Source: Octopus sinensis (Eukaryota). Taken from it: DNA of 51,820 nt. The stretch is from contig NW_021834214.1 of NCBI RefSeq assembly GCF_006345805.1, positions 1 through 51,820 of the forward strand, in the 5' to 3' direction. A program made the position numbers and the translations under genes. Under the pieces are notes generated by a model, which saw only the letters and a list, made by a program, of their open reading frames with translations, was not told the origin of the DNA and searched no databases. How positions within the stretch are numbered: the stretch's first letter is position 1; every line of letters begins with the position of its first letter. Below are positions 51,590 to 51,820 of the stretch, one piece after another.

Positions 51590-51820
51590 CTCACTCAGAT
51601 ATCTATATATCTATATATCTCTATATCTATATACTATAATCTATATATCTATATATCTATATCTATATATCTATATATCTATATCTATTATATCTATATC
51701 TATATATCTATATATCTATATCTATATATCTATATATCTATATCTATAATCTATATAATCTATATTCTATATCTATATATCTATCTATATCTATATATCT
51801 ATATCTATATATCTATATCT
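51590..51820. repeat. (ATATCT)n-type microsatellite running off the window end
   Basis: Directly visible. Confidence 0.95.

Overview
AT-rich, microsatellite-dense eukaryotic DNA, inferred to be from an octopus (coleoid cephalopod) because of its tRNA-derived SINE families. It looks intronic or intergenic. No host protein-coding exon, RNA gene or CRISPR array can be confidently supported, and the long ORFs in the track are translations of microsatellites. The window is a mosaic of about 25 SINE copies from at least 5 families, five non-autonomous Helitron-type elements (TC...hairpin-CTAG ends), Tc1/mariner remnants (two with intact TA-flanked TIR pairs), and decayed RTE, CR1-like and Penelope-like fragments. 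The most notable structures are: (1) a 1.87-kb Helitron carrying a nearly homogeneous 6 x 148-bp internal satellite; (2) a degenerate type I hammerhead-ribozyme-like motif at 24556-24600; (3) a 56-bp near-perfect hairpin at 30626-30750 whose only two mismatches are U-G wobbles; (4) a ~260-bp-arm inverted repeat at 39084-40884; and (5) a 1-kb tandem duplication starting at a Helitron 5' end, which may be an assembly artefact. All protein-family assignments come from motif recognition by eye and need database confirmation.
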